A stretch of DNA of 64,000 nucleotides from Phycisphaeraceae bacterium. Lineage in GTDB: Bacteria > Planctomycetota > Phycisphaerae > Phycisphaerales > Phycisphaeraceae. This document shows, piece after piece, positions 10,108-20,096 of the stretch. The position numbers and the translations under genes are program-made. Within the stretch, counting starts at the first letter, position 1, and every line of letters starts with the position of its first letter. The stretch spans positions 5,344,001-5,408,000 of the forward strand of contig OY771506.1 of assembly GCA_963674705.1 (NCBI GenBank), read 5' to 3'. The notes below the pieces were generated by a model. It was not told the DNA's origin. It saw only the letters and a program-made list of their open reading frames with translations, and did not search any database.

Positions 10108-11379
10108 TTGCAGAATCCACACATGACCCGGGCCCAGATGTTGTTGAGCCAATCCCGGCCGGAGATGGCCGAGGCGGAACTGCGCCGTGGTTTGGAAGCA
10201 GAGCCCGAAAACGCAAACATGCACGCACTGCTTGGTTTCAGCCTCATCAAACAGCATAAGACAGATGCATCGAAACAGGCGCTGCGCGAAGCGATCCGCC
10301 TGGACCCCATGTCGTTCTTTCCGCATTACCTGATGGGGATGATCCATCTGGAAGAGAACAAACTCATCGATGCACGTCGTGCGGTCGATGAGGCGCTACG
10401 GCTGGACCCTTATCAGCCCTGCAATTACGGGCTGGTGGCGATGCTTCATTACAAGCAAGGCGAGCGCGAGCAAGCGATTCAGGCGCTGGATCGTGGCTTG
10501 TCGATGGACCCTGAGGATGTGGACTGCCTGAACCTGCGGGCGCAGATCCTCACACAGATGGGCCGAAGCGCAGAAGCAGCGGGAACGATCAAACGCACGA
10601 TGCGCGCAGCACCGGAAAACGCCGATGCCCATGCAACCCAGGGCTGGGCCTATCTGCATACCAATAAACCCAAAGAAGCATTAAAACACTTCGATGAAGC
10701 ACTACGCATCGAGCCCGGCCACGATTACGCACGTGCTGGCCTCGTCGAAGCGCTCAAAGCTCGCTTCCTGATCTACCGGCTGGTCCTCGGCTTCTTCCTC
10801 TGGACAGCCAGGATGGACGGCCGCGCACGAATGACGCTGCTGGTCGGAGCGTATATCGGATATCAAGTCGTGCGTGCGGTCGCGCGGGCCAGCGAGGAAC
10901 TTCGGCCCGTGGCGTATGTGCTGATCGGGCTATACCTCGGCTTCGTACTTCTGACCTGGATCACCATCCCCCTGTTCAACCTCATGCTTCGGCTGAATAC
11001 CCACGGCTGGCACGCCTTGGATAAAGAAGACAAGATCGCAACCGACGGCTTCGGCATCCTGCTGCTGATCGGCTTGATCCTGGGCGGGCTGGGATACTGG
11101 CTGCATTCGACCCCGCTCTACTTCTGGGCGGCATATACGGGCATCATGGCGATCGTGTTGTACCGGATCATCTCCGAACTGGCCTGGAAGAAGATGCCGG
11201 TGATGTTCTACGCAGGCATCACCGCCGCCTTCACCGGCCTTATCACGGTGACCTGTATCTCGCTGGAAGGCGAAGAGGGCCTGCCGCTTATACTCGACCT
11301 GCTCTTCCTGCTCTCGATGCTGACTTTCTGGATCGCCCTGATTGTCTTTATGTTCAGCTCGCACTTCAGAAGGCAGTAA
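10108..11379 (+). CDS. TPR-repeat protein with C-terminal multi-pass membrane domain
   Basis: About 6 TPRs (ALRLDP, ALRIEP) followed by about 6-7 hydrophobic helices; 35 bp downstream of the AAA ATPase. Confidence 0.85.
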   Translation: MQNPHMTRAQMLLSQSRPEMAEAELRRGLEAEPENANMHALLGFSLIKQHKTDASKQALREAIRLDPMSFFPHYLMGMIHLEENKLIDARRAVDEALRLDPYQPCNYGLVAMLHYKQGEREQAIQALDRGLSMDPEDVDCLNLRAQILTQMGRSAEAAGTIKRTMRAAPENADAHATQGWAYLHTNKPKEALKHFDEALRIEPGHDYARAGLVEALKARFLIYRLVLGFFLWTARMDGRARMTLLVGAYIGYQVVRAVARASEELRPVAYVLIGLYLGFVLLTWITIPLFNLMLRLNTHGWHALDKEDKIATDGFGILLLIGLILGGLGYWLHSTPLYFWAAYTGIMAIVLYRIISELAWKKMPVMFYAGITAAFTGLITVTCISLEGEEGLPLILDLLFLLSMLTFWIALIVFMFSSHFRRQ

Positions 11380-11452
11380 GTTGATGATCCCTTGGTAACG
11401 CGTCCAAGACGGGCTATCCTACACACACGGACAACACCACCAGGAACGCACC

Positions 11453-12865
11453 ATGACGCCCAAACAAGTCTTACAGCTCATCAAATCCAAGAACATCGAG
11501 TTTGTCGATTGCAGATTCATGGACTTCCCGGGGCTCTGGCAGCACATCACGTTCCCGGCCGGGGAACTGAGCGAGAACACGTTCAAGGCCGGATTCGGGT
11601 TCGACGGCTCGTGCATCCGTGGCTGGGAGGCGATCAACGAACAGGACATGCTGATCGTGCCCGTCGCCGATACGGCCCACATCGACCCCTTCCCACAACA
11701 CACCACGCTGGCGCTGATCTGCGATGTCAAAAACCCGGTGACGAAGAAGATGTTCTCACGCGACCCACGATCGATCGGCCGCAAAGCCGCGGATTACATC
11801 AAGAAAGCGGGGATCGCCGACAGGGCAATGTTCGCACCGGAGATGGAGTTCTTCATCTTCGACCAGGTCCACTACGGCCAGGATGTGAACAGTGCCTCAT
11901 ACAAGGTGGATTCATCAGAGGGCTGCTGGAACAGCATCAAGGATGACCCGACAAATCTCGGTTACCAGGTCCGGCGTAATGAAGGCTACTTCCCGGGACC
12001 GCCGATGGATTCGCTGATGGACATGCGTTCACAGATGTGCAAGGTACTCACCGAGATGGGCATCGCGGTCGAAGGACATCACCACGAAGTTGCGACCGGC
12101 GGACAGTGTGAGATCGACCTGGAACACGCGGACCTGCTCCGCATGGCCGACATCTGCATGATGCTCAAGTACGTCGTCAAACGCGTCGCGGCACAGCACG
12201 GCAAAACAGCAACCTTCATGCCAAAACCGCTATTCATGGATAACGGCTCCGGGATGCACACACACTTCTCACTCTGGAAAGCCGGCAAACCATTATTCCC
12301 CGGCAACCACTACGGCGGACTTTCCAAGATCGGCCTCTACGCCATCGGCGGACTCCTCCGACACGCCAAGAGCCTCCTCGCATTCACCAACCCCACAACC
12401 AACAGCTACAAGCGGCTGGTCCCAGGCTACGAAGCGCCCGTCAAGCTGATCTACTCCACACGTAACCGCGCCGCCGCCGTGCGTATCCCCGGCTATTCAA
12501 CAGACCCGAAAGCAAGACGCATCGAGTTCCGCTCCCCGGATTCATCCTGTAACCCCTACCTCGCCTTCGCCGCGATGACCATGGCTGTCGCCGATGGCAT
12601 CAAGAACAAGATCGATCCGGGCAACCCGCTGGATAAACTCTTCGAAGAGTTGGAGCCGCACGAGCTGGAACCCATCGACTCCGCCCCGGGCGATCTCGAA
12701 GAAGCGCTCTATGCACTGGAAACCGACCACGACTACCTGCACGAGGACAACGTCTTCACCGATGAAGTGATCCACTACTGGATCAAGTACAAACGCGAAA
12801 ACGAAATCGACGAATTAAGACACCGCCCCCACCCCCACGAATTCAGCATGTACTTCGATATCTGA
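11453..12865 (+). CDS. glnA: Glutamine synthetase type I (GSI-beta-like)
   Basis: FDGS, PEMEFF, HHEVA, FMPKP, NGSGMH, SYKRLVPGYEAP and RIEFR motifs. Confidence 0.95.
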   Translation: MTPKQVLQLIKSKNIEFVDCRFMDFPGLWQHITFPAGELSENTFKAGFGFDGSCIRGWEAINEQDMLIVPVADTAHIDPFPQHTTLALICDVKNPVTKKMFSRDPRSIGRKAADYIKKAGIADRAMFAPEMEFFIFDQVHYGQDVNSASYKVDSSEGCWNSIKDDPTNLGYQVRRNEGYFPGPPMDSLMDMRSQMCKVLTEMGIAVEGHHHEVATGGQCEIDLEHADLLRMADICMMLKYVVKRVAAQHGKTATFMPKPLFMDNGSGMHTHFSLWKAGKPLFPGNHYGGLSKIGLYAIGGLLRHAKSLLAFTNPTTNSYKRLVPGYEAPVKLIYSTRNRAAAVRIPGYSTDPKARRIEFRSPDSSCNPYLAFAAMTMAVADGIKNKIDPGNPLDKLFEELEPHELEPIDSAPGDLEEALYALETDHDYLHEDNVFTDEVIHYWIKYKRENEIDELRHRPHPHEFSMYFDI

Positions 12866-12878
12866 GTATCACTGTCCC

Positions 12879-12969
12879 AGCCGCTTGCGGCTTAGCGCAC
12901 TTCCCCCCCGTAGCCGCTTGCGGCTTAGCGCGCTCCCCATCTCCCCTCGGGAGAGGGCCGGGGTGAGGG
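12879..12969. repeat. Two tandem REP-like hairpins (family C, agccgcttgcggcttagcgc) plus a ccctcaccccggccctctccc-type palindrome
   Basis: Copies at 12879-12898 and 12912-12931; other family C copies at 14701, 17544 and 57218. Confidence 0.8.
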
Positions 12970-13043
12970 CCCGTCCGAAACGATAATGGAGCCAGACACG
13001 TTTGCCCTTGTGTAATGCTTTTCTTCCACCAAGGTTGTTAGCA

Positions 13044-14594
13044 ATGTCGGTACTCGACCAAACCATCATTGACCGTCATAGGCAACAGATCGAACAAGCA
13101 ATCATCCCGATCATGCAGAGGATATATCTCTGCGACCGGGATGCAGGCGTTGCGGCCGTGCGCCCCGGCTACAAACCGATCGAGAACATCGTCGCCTATT
13201 ATGACTACTATGCCACCGGCATATCCGTGCTGGCTAAATTGGCGGCCAAAGGTGATGATCGCGCCTTCGAACTGATCAAGAAAATACAGAACAACACCGA
13301 ACACTATTGCACACACATCTACAACCACCCCGCTGGTGAACTGCCGTTGTGGAGTGTGCCCCTCAGGCGGCTGCTCCTGCATATCGCGCTGGCATATCAA
13401 AACCTCTTGCCGATCATGAACAACAAAGACCAGCTTTGGTATGAGCAGATCATTGAGCAGCAGGTCCCCGCAGCCATTGAACACTGCAAACACTTCCTGC
13501 CGGGCGTTAAAGACCTGCACCTGAACAAGGTCAACAACCACACCGCCGTTTTCATGCAAGGCGTGTACTATTGCGGCAAGGTCTTCGGCCGATCTGACTG
13601 GTCGGATATGGCACACGAATTTGCCGAACGCTACCTTGCAAACGGTCATCCTGACGGGTACTTCGAAGAATTCACCAACGCCGAGCGCGAGGGCGGCCCG
13701 TCGCTTATCTATACACCATTAACCGCAGGATGCTTATACGACGTGTTGGATGGCAAAACACATCGCCAGGACAAATTCATCAAGGCGGGCCATCTATTTC
13801 GATCCCTGATCAATCACGACTACGCAAAAATCCCCATCGCGGATGAACGCACCAATGCATCAGACAACAACGGCGCCGGCTACGGCCTGGCGCTCCACTC
13901 ACTGACCGCCGAGGGAAGATACTTCATCACACACAGCCTCGAATCACTGAATTGCGCGCAACAACACCCGGAAACACTGGCTGTGGTTGACCATGAATTG
14001 GACCTGATAGTCGAAGGCCCATGCGCGCAACCCGAAAACCTCAAAGACGCCCCCTTCCGCCTTACGCTTCCTCTCGGGATCATACGCAAGCAAAACTTCA
14101 CCGCAGGCATATCCGCATTACGTGCGTTGAATCATGAAGCCCGCCCCCGCGAAGATTACGCACTTGACCAGCAGAACATGCTCTACCTCTCACACAAAAC
14201 CGCCGGCGTCATCCTGACCGGCGTCAAATCCAAAAACAACCCCGCATTCTCCACATTCCGAATCGGCAACGATGCCTACACGATCCGCACCGGCGAACTC
14301 GAAGTAGGCGAAGACTGGGCACAGGCCCATCTCCACTACCAGACATTCAATCCGCGCATCCGCTGGGAACTCGGCGATAACGCCAGATTGATCCTGACCG
14401 CAGACACCGATCAAACCATCACCACCTGCCTGCCGATCACTGACACACGTTACCTGAACACCGACACTCGATATGAGATCGTCGAACTCAATGGCTTCTC
14501 CCCCTATACCCAAGGCAATAAAACCGACCGAATAAACGCGGCCGTCATACAGTGGACACGTAAATTGGTAATCGAATTCCCCGGGAATGCTTAA
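13044..14594 (+). CDS. Hypothetical protein, possibly an alpha-toroid plus beta-sandwich fold (heparinase II/III- or alginate lyase-like)
   Basis: Helical N-terminal half with NNH and PDGYFEE..GPSLIY motifs, beta-rich C-terminal half; no signal peptide. Confidence 0.5.
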   Translation: MSVLDQTIIDRHRQQIEQAIIPIMQRIYLCDRDAGVAAVRPGYKPIENIVAYYDYYATGISVLAKLAAKGDDRAFELIKKIQNNTEHYCTHIYNHPAGELPLWSVPLRRLLLHIALAYQNLLPIMNNKDQLWYEQIIEQQVPAAIEHCKHFLPGVKDLHLNKVNNHTAVFMQGVYYCGKVFGRSDWSDMAHEFAERYLANGHPDGYFEEFTNAEREGGPSLIYTPLTAGCLYDVLDGKTHRQDKFIKAGHLFRSLINHDYAKIPIADERTNASDNNGAGYGLALHSLTAEGRYFITHSLESLNCAQQHPETLAVVDHELDLIVEGPCAQPENLKDAPFRLTLPLGIIRKQNFTAGISALRALNHEARPREDYALDQQNMLYLSHKTAGVILTGVKSKNNPAFSTFRIGNDAYTIRTGELEVGEDWAQAHLHYQTFNPRIRWELGDNARLILTADTDQTITTCLPITDTRYLNTDTRYEIVELNGFSPYTQGNKTDRINAAVIQWTRKLVIEFPGNA

Positions 14595-14700
14595 ACGAAG
14601 CCCCACCCCTGCGAGCCGCGGCGTGTCGCCGCGGCCGACTATGCCACACCATTCAACCGCGAACAGCCTATACACACTACGGACACCAGCTCATCCCCCA

Positions 14701-14730
14701 AGCCGCTTGCGGCTTAGCGCTCTTGCCCCC
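14701..14730. repeat. REP-like hairpin, family C
   Basis: agccgcttgcggcttagcgctcttgcccc, near-identical to 17544-17572. Confidence 0.75.
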
Positions 14731-14857
14731 ATTTTCATCCTGTCCGACACCACTTCCCTCCGAAGCGTCACCGGCGAGCACACGTGGCCGTCATTTACAC
14801 GTACCGATACGCTGATGTATAAAAGCATCTCATAAACCGATTCCGACCAAAACCATC

Positions 14858-15886
14858 ATGACAACACATTCTTGTCTAGCTTATGTCCGAACACGTCCAC
14901 CCTCACCACAAGCCATCAAGGCGCACACCCGACGCCGGCAGCCGATAGGATTACGTTATGTCAGTTTGGTTCTGTTCATTATGTTCTGTCAACTCGCAGG
15001 CTGTCAGATGAAACAGACATTTAATACCACCCCTGTCTACTGGCAGGCCCACCGCGGCGGTGGAGCGCATGAACGGCCGGACAACACGATGATCGCGATG
15101 CGGTATACGTGGGATTTGGGCGGCATCCCGGAAGCGGACATCCGCTCCACCGCCGACGGCGTAATCATCTGCCTGCATGATAAAACGCTCGCACGAACGA
15201 CCGATGCGCCAAAAGATATCGCGAATCAACCTGTCAATCAGCTTTCGCTAAGCGAGATTCAAAAATGGGACGCGGGCAAGAAGTTTGCCCCAGCATACGC
15301 CGACGAGCGTGTGCCGACGCTGGAGGAAGTGTTCTCCGCAATGTCGCAGGCCCCAAGCCGCTGGGTGTACCTGGACCTGAAACAGTTGGACCTCAACCAA
15401 CTGGGCGATCTGATCGAGCAGTACAAGCTGGCTGAACAGATATTAATCGCGAGCCCGAAGCAGGAAGAATGTGCCATGCTGCGAAAGCGCTTGCCGGGCG
15501 TGCGAACAATGCTCTGGATCACCGGCAAGCCGAACGAGATTGAAGCAAAGTTTGATCGTGCTCTGGAAAGCGGATTCGACGGGATGGATCAGGTGCAGAT
15601 CCACCTGTTCGACCTGGAGGGTGGTGCGATAGAAGGTTGGCGCTACCAGGTCGATCAGAACTTCCTGAACCGGGCGATCAGCCAGACCGCCGAACACGGA
15701 ATAGACCTGGAAGTTTTCCCGTTTCACTTTGAACAATCAGATATCCTAAGTCTGCTGAACATGGGCATCACCTGGTACGCCACCGATGAGCCCGCCAGGT
15801 TTGCCCAAGTGGTTGAAGCATGGCGTATGAGTAAGTGTCAGGGGCATCGCCAGCAAGACCAGCAAAACATCTGTCACATTGACTGA
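14858..15886 (+). CDS. Glycerophosphodiester phosphodiesterase family protein, probable lipoprotein (start uncertain)
   Basis: AHRGG, PDNT, EADIR, HDKTLARTT, VPTLEEV and ATDEP motifs; LAGC lipobox-like sequence. Confidence 0.88.
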   Translation: MTTHSCLAYVRTRPPSPQAIKAHTRRRQPIGLRYVSLVLFIMFCQLAGCQMKQTFNTTPVYWQAHRGGGAHERPDNTMIAMRYTWDLGGIPEADIRSTADGVIICLHDKTLARTTDAPKDIANQPVNQLSLSEIQKWDAGKKFAPAYADERVPTLEEVFSAMSQAPSRWVYLDLKQLDLNQLGDLIEQYKLAEQILIASPKQEECAMLRKRLPGVRTMLWITGKPNEIEAKFDRALESGFDGMDQVQIHLFDLEGGAIEGWRYQVDQNFLNRAISQTAEHGIDLEVFPFHFEQSDILSLLNMGITWYATDEPARFAQVVEAWRMSKCQGHRQQDQQNICHID

Positions 15887-16043
15887 CCCCGTTTCTTCTC
15901 TCATCTAGCCCAACAGAGTCTGGCCCCGTTTACATCGCTATCAACTTTATCCCTCTCATTAGCGTTGAATATATTCCAATAATTTGGTACAGTTTCTCTC
16001 ACTGCAGGCAATATTTCTTATATTCGATAAGCGGGGAATAACA

Positions 16044-16748
16044 ATGCAATATCGTCGGACGGATTTATTGGGACTACAGCATGTTGTATGTTTGTTTGCT
16101 TCAATGACACTCATGCTGCTTATCGCTGGTTCAGCAGTCGCAAACCAGATTGTGGTCGATAGCGGGCAGCCTGATGGGTCAGATGCCTATCTTATCCATA
16201 CGTATAACACAGACCCTTATCACGTCAGCCGCCAGCATATTGCTCAAGGTTTTACCTTAAGTGAACCTACCACCCTGACCCGGCTGGAATTTTACATTGG
16301 TCGCTTAGGGGATGACCCAGATGTATATTTGACGGTCTCGAGTTATTCACCATTTACCGTAGGCGACTATGATATCGTCGCCGGCCGGATCGCCACATTC
16401 CAGTCTTCCATACCTGATATGACACATCTGAATAATGGCATCTGGGTATCGGTGGATATTGACCTATCGCTGCCGGCCGGAAACTATATTGTCGCCGTAA
16501 GTCCGGGCACGAAAAGCGTACGGTATGCCCCGACCTCCGCACCTTTCGATATTGGCCCTAGCTTTACTTCAAAGGCTGCTGGTCCCAGTCCCACCATGGC
16601 TTATACCCTTGTCAGCGAACAGTCTGCGTTTGGATTGCGGGTTTACACTGTCCCGGAACCAGCCACGGCTTTATCGTTCCTGATATGCTTTGTATCTGTT
16701 GGCCACAGGAACCTAGGAAAGAAATGGGGGCCGGGTGCCCGTCTTTGA
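16044..16748 (+). CDS. PEP-CTERM-sorted surface protein
   Basis: Signal peptide; beta-rich core (AQGFTL..); C-terminal VPEP plus hydrophobic helix and basic tail. Confidence 0.75.
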   Translation: MQYRRTDLLGLQHVVCLFASMTLMLLIAGSAVANQIVVDSGQPDGSDAYLIHTYNTDPYHVSRQHIAQGFTLSEPTTLTRLEFYIGRLGDDPDVYLTVSSYSPFTVGDYDIVAGRIATFQSSIPDMTHLNNGIWVSVDIDLSLPAGNYIVAVSPGTKSVRYAPTSAPFDIGPSFTSKAAGPSPTMAYTLVSEQSAFGLRVYTVPEPATALSFLICFVSVGHRNLGKKWGPGARL

Positions 16749-16840
16749 CCCGCAGGGCTAAGGCGGTTGCTTGAGTGAGTAGCAGGTGCCTTCACTTCGA
16801 TGCTGGTTCGGCAAAGCGTAGAGCAACCCACCACGGATGC
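16730..16840. repeat. Repeat element, family D
   Basis: The 23-bp gccgggtgcccgtctttgacccg is identical to 25643-25665; the end motif acccaccacggatgc is shared with 25050-25119 and 25667-25736. Confidence 0.75.
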
Positions 16841-17054
16841 ACATTTAATCACACAGGGCCATTAATCGCCGGCCAAGCGTTCCGATATCATTCACCGTCA
16901 TTGATCTTTCACAACAATTCAACTGCCTGCACCACTCGCCCCGTATCATCGTGATAAATCTGCATCCGGCCGACACAACTCTATCGTGGCAGATTGCACT
17001 TCGCTTAACGCCACCCGGCAACAAAACAAACCACGCCACCTGACGCCCCCGTTT

Positions 17055-17375
17055 CTACTCCAATTTATCCCAATAAAATCTCGGCCACTTTACCGTTTTC
17101 CCGATAACACGATTGGGATCAATTTCGCGCGTGGCAAGGATCTCGAGCCAATAGCCAGGATCCGTATTGAATGAATCAGCACGCCAAGTGACTTCAAGGT
17201 GTTGGTATAACAACATTGATGCCTGTTCTCGTACGAGGACGGGATATCGCAAGCATCCAATCAGATCATTCCAGGTAATGTCGGGGTGTTTGAGTAGACG
17301 ACAAAACGCTACAAATCGAGAAGCTTCGCTTTGATCCCGTTCTAGTTCGATTCGAAGTTTATGCAATTCATCCAT
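17055..17375 (-). CDS. Small AT-rich hypothetical protein
   Basis: 106-aa ATG-initiated ORF with protein-like composition and no recognisable motif. Confidence 0.55.
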   Translation of the reverse strand: MDELHKLRIELERDQSEASRFVAFCRLLKHPDITWNDLIGCLRYPVLVREQASMLLYQHLEVTWRADSFNTDPGYWLEILATREIDPNRVIGKTVKWPRFYWDKLE

Positions 17376-17665
17376 CTCAATTATTTATATTAGCATCTCA
17401 CGCAAAAATGCGATCCGCTTTCTCTAGGGCGGCTGTTATTGCCAACCAGAAATCCGGAAGGTGACCGACCCTATAGAAAGCCATTAAAAAAAGGGTTCAC
17501 CCCTTTCCCGAACACCTCCTCCCCACAACCCCTGATCAATCTAAGCCGCTTACGGCTTAGCGCTCTTGCCCCTCCGTATACACGCTGCCAGACACCATTC
17601 ATCCCCGATATCCAAAGCCCGAATCCCAATCGAAACCCCAAACACCTCGAAGAACAGCCCCGAAA

Positions 17666-17698
17666 AAGACATCTAATATAAGTTATATTAGATGTCTT
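17666..17698. other. Perfect 33-bp AT-rich palindrome, dif-like
   Basis: aagacatctaatataa-g-ttatattagatgtctt, with 16-bp perfect arms. Confidence 0.6.
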
Positions 17699-17911
17699 AC
17701 GGTAAGCCACGCCGCCCCGATTGACTCCTCGCGAGCCGCGGCGTGCCGCCGCGGGCTGTTGCGTTACCCTCCGCTTAACTGCACGTAACCAAGTCGGTGG
17801 TACCGCCACATGTGGCAACAGCATATGTTGGCGGCGATCGGGTCGGATATCATTTTGACACAACCCCGATCGGCATACGCTCCGAAACGTTATGATCCCC
17901 GGAGGATTCGC

Positions 17912-18370
17912 ATGTATCGCAAACGCACCCTGATCCTGTTGATGTTGCTTTCGTTTCTGCTTGGTTTAGCAGTGTTCCCGACCGTCTGGGTAGGCAAGCA
18001 GTTTGTGGCAGCATACAAGGCAACATCTATAAGCTTTGCCATGGCCATGGCATCGGAAAAAGTACAACTCTCAGACAAAGTATCTCTGATTGCCACCAGC
18101 GGTACGAATGTCATGCTTGTGGATGAAGTTGAATTCTCAATGCTGCCCGGGGATGTCGTGCTTGCAGATTATGTGGGGCGTGACAAACAGGTGCTCCTTG
18201 TCGTCTACATAGCGCCCGGCGGAATCAATTCAAGCTCCGATGATGTGCTGAACCGACTCGAGGCGGCCGAGGTCGATCTGGCAACCGCTCAGGTGACAAA
18301 ACGGTCTGCTGTTGGGCAGAAAGAGTTGGCTTATCTGCAGGGCGTTTTTGAGTTTATGCATCAACAGTAA
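17912..18370 (+). CDS. Hypothetical membrane-anchored protein
   Basis: ATG at 17912 after GGAGG; N-terminal TM helix. Confidence 0.6.
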   Translation: MYRKRTLILLMLLSFLLGLAVFPTVWVGKQFVAAYKATSISFAMAMASEKVQLSDKVSLIATSGTNVMLVDEVEFSMLPGDVVLADYVGRDKQVLLVVYIAPGGINSSSDDVLNRLEAAEVDLATAQVTKRSAVGQKELAYLQGVFEFMHQQ

Positions 18371-18400
18371 GCTTCATCAGAGTTGCTACAATCCCCAGCT

Positions 18401-19114
<714 letters not shown>

Positions 19115-19122
19115 CTATCAAT

Positions 19123-19833
19123 TCATTCCGGCACGGGCAACAAATCTTCCTGCTTGACTTCCTGCTCAAACCGCTCAATCGGATGAGCCTGTTCGAGCGT
19201 GTAGTCGCCTACCGCGGTTCTGCGCAGGGACGCTAAGTGGCCGCCGGTGTTGAGTTTATCACCGATATCTCGGCCGAGGCTTCGGATGTAAGTGCCCCGG
19301 CCGCAGACGATTCGCAGCGTCAGCATGGGCCATGTGTAGTCCAGCAGGTCGATCGCGTCGATGCGGACGGTCTTGGTCGGCATGTCGACGGCCTCACCTT
19401 TGCGGGCGAGTTTGTAGGCCCGTTGGCCGTTGATGTGGACAGCCGAATACACGGGCGGAGTCTGCTCGATCTCACCCATGAATTCGCCCAGCACCTGCCG
19501 GACCTGCTCTTGCGTAGGTGGTTGATCTACCTGCACTTCCAGCCGTTCGCCCTCGCGGTCGTCAGTCGTCGTGAAGGCCGAGAGATCGACCACGGTCTCG
19601 TAGACCTTAGGCCGACCCATAAGCGATTCCACGCTTTTGGTCGCCTTACCAAGGCAGCAGATAACCACGCCGGTCGCCAGCGGATCTAAAGTCCCAGCGT
19701 GCCCGGTCTTGCATCCGCCTGCGGCCCGACGAACATAACGAACGACATCCATTGAGCTTAAACCAAGCGGTTTATCCACCACGATCAGCCCGCAGTAGCT
19801 GGAATGACCTTTGCGACGTCCCAAACGATCCAC
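19123..19833 (-). CDS. truB: tRNA pseudouridine(55) synthase
   Basis: DKPLGLSS, GHAGTLDPLATG, QTPPVYSA, GTYIRSL and LRRTAVG motifs. Confidence 0.95.
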   Translation of the reverse strand: MDRLGRRKGHSSYCGLIVVDKPLGLSSMDVVRYVRRAAGGCKTGHAGTLDPLATGVVICCLGKATKSVESLMGRPKVYETVVDLSAFTTTDDREGERLEVQVDQPPTQEQVRQVLGEFMGEIEQTPPVYSAVHINGQRAYKLARKGEAVDMPTKTVRIDAIDLLDYTWPMLTLRIVCGRGTYIRSLGRDIGDKLNTGGHLASLRRTAVGDYTLEQAHPIERFEQEVKQEDLLPVPE

Positions 19834-19952
19834 CTTCCTTTACAAACCACGATAAAACAATACGATAGCGGACCAAACTCGAATTGTCGGCCCCCCCTGC
19901 CGGGCCTGGATCGCCCTTTTTCGCGTCCCGCACGGCGAAGCCGACAGCCTCT

Positions 19953-20040
19953 GGAGAGGTGACCGAGTGGCTGAAGGTGCACGACTGGAAATCGTGTGTA
20001 CGGCTCGTCCGTACCGAGGGTTCGAATCCCTCCCTCTCCG
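19953..20040 (+). tRNA. tRNA-Ser (anticodon GGA), long variable arm, CCA not encoded
   Basis: GGAGAGG acceptor stem pairing with cctctcc; anticodon arm cacga-ctGGAaa-tcgtg; T-loop GGTTCGAATCC. Confidence 0.95.
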
Positions 20041-20050
20041 CTTCACCACG

Positions 20051-20096
20051 AACGCTCTTGCGAAACCCTTGCCTATAAGGGTTTTATGAGAGCGTT
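20051..20096 (+). terminator. Hairpin directly downstream of tRNA-Ser (terminator or element-end signature)
   Basis: aacgctct..aaaccctt-gcctat-aagggttt..agagcgtt. Confidence 0.5.

Noticed and set aside
12879..12931. Possible mini-CRISPR (two identical 20-bp repeats)
   Set aside because: Only two copies with a 13-bp spacer, the same motif is dispersed elsewhere, and there are no cas genes; it fits a REP.
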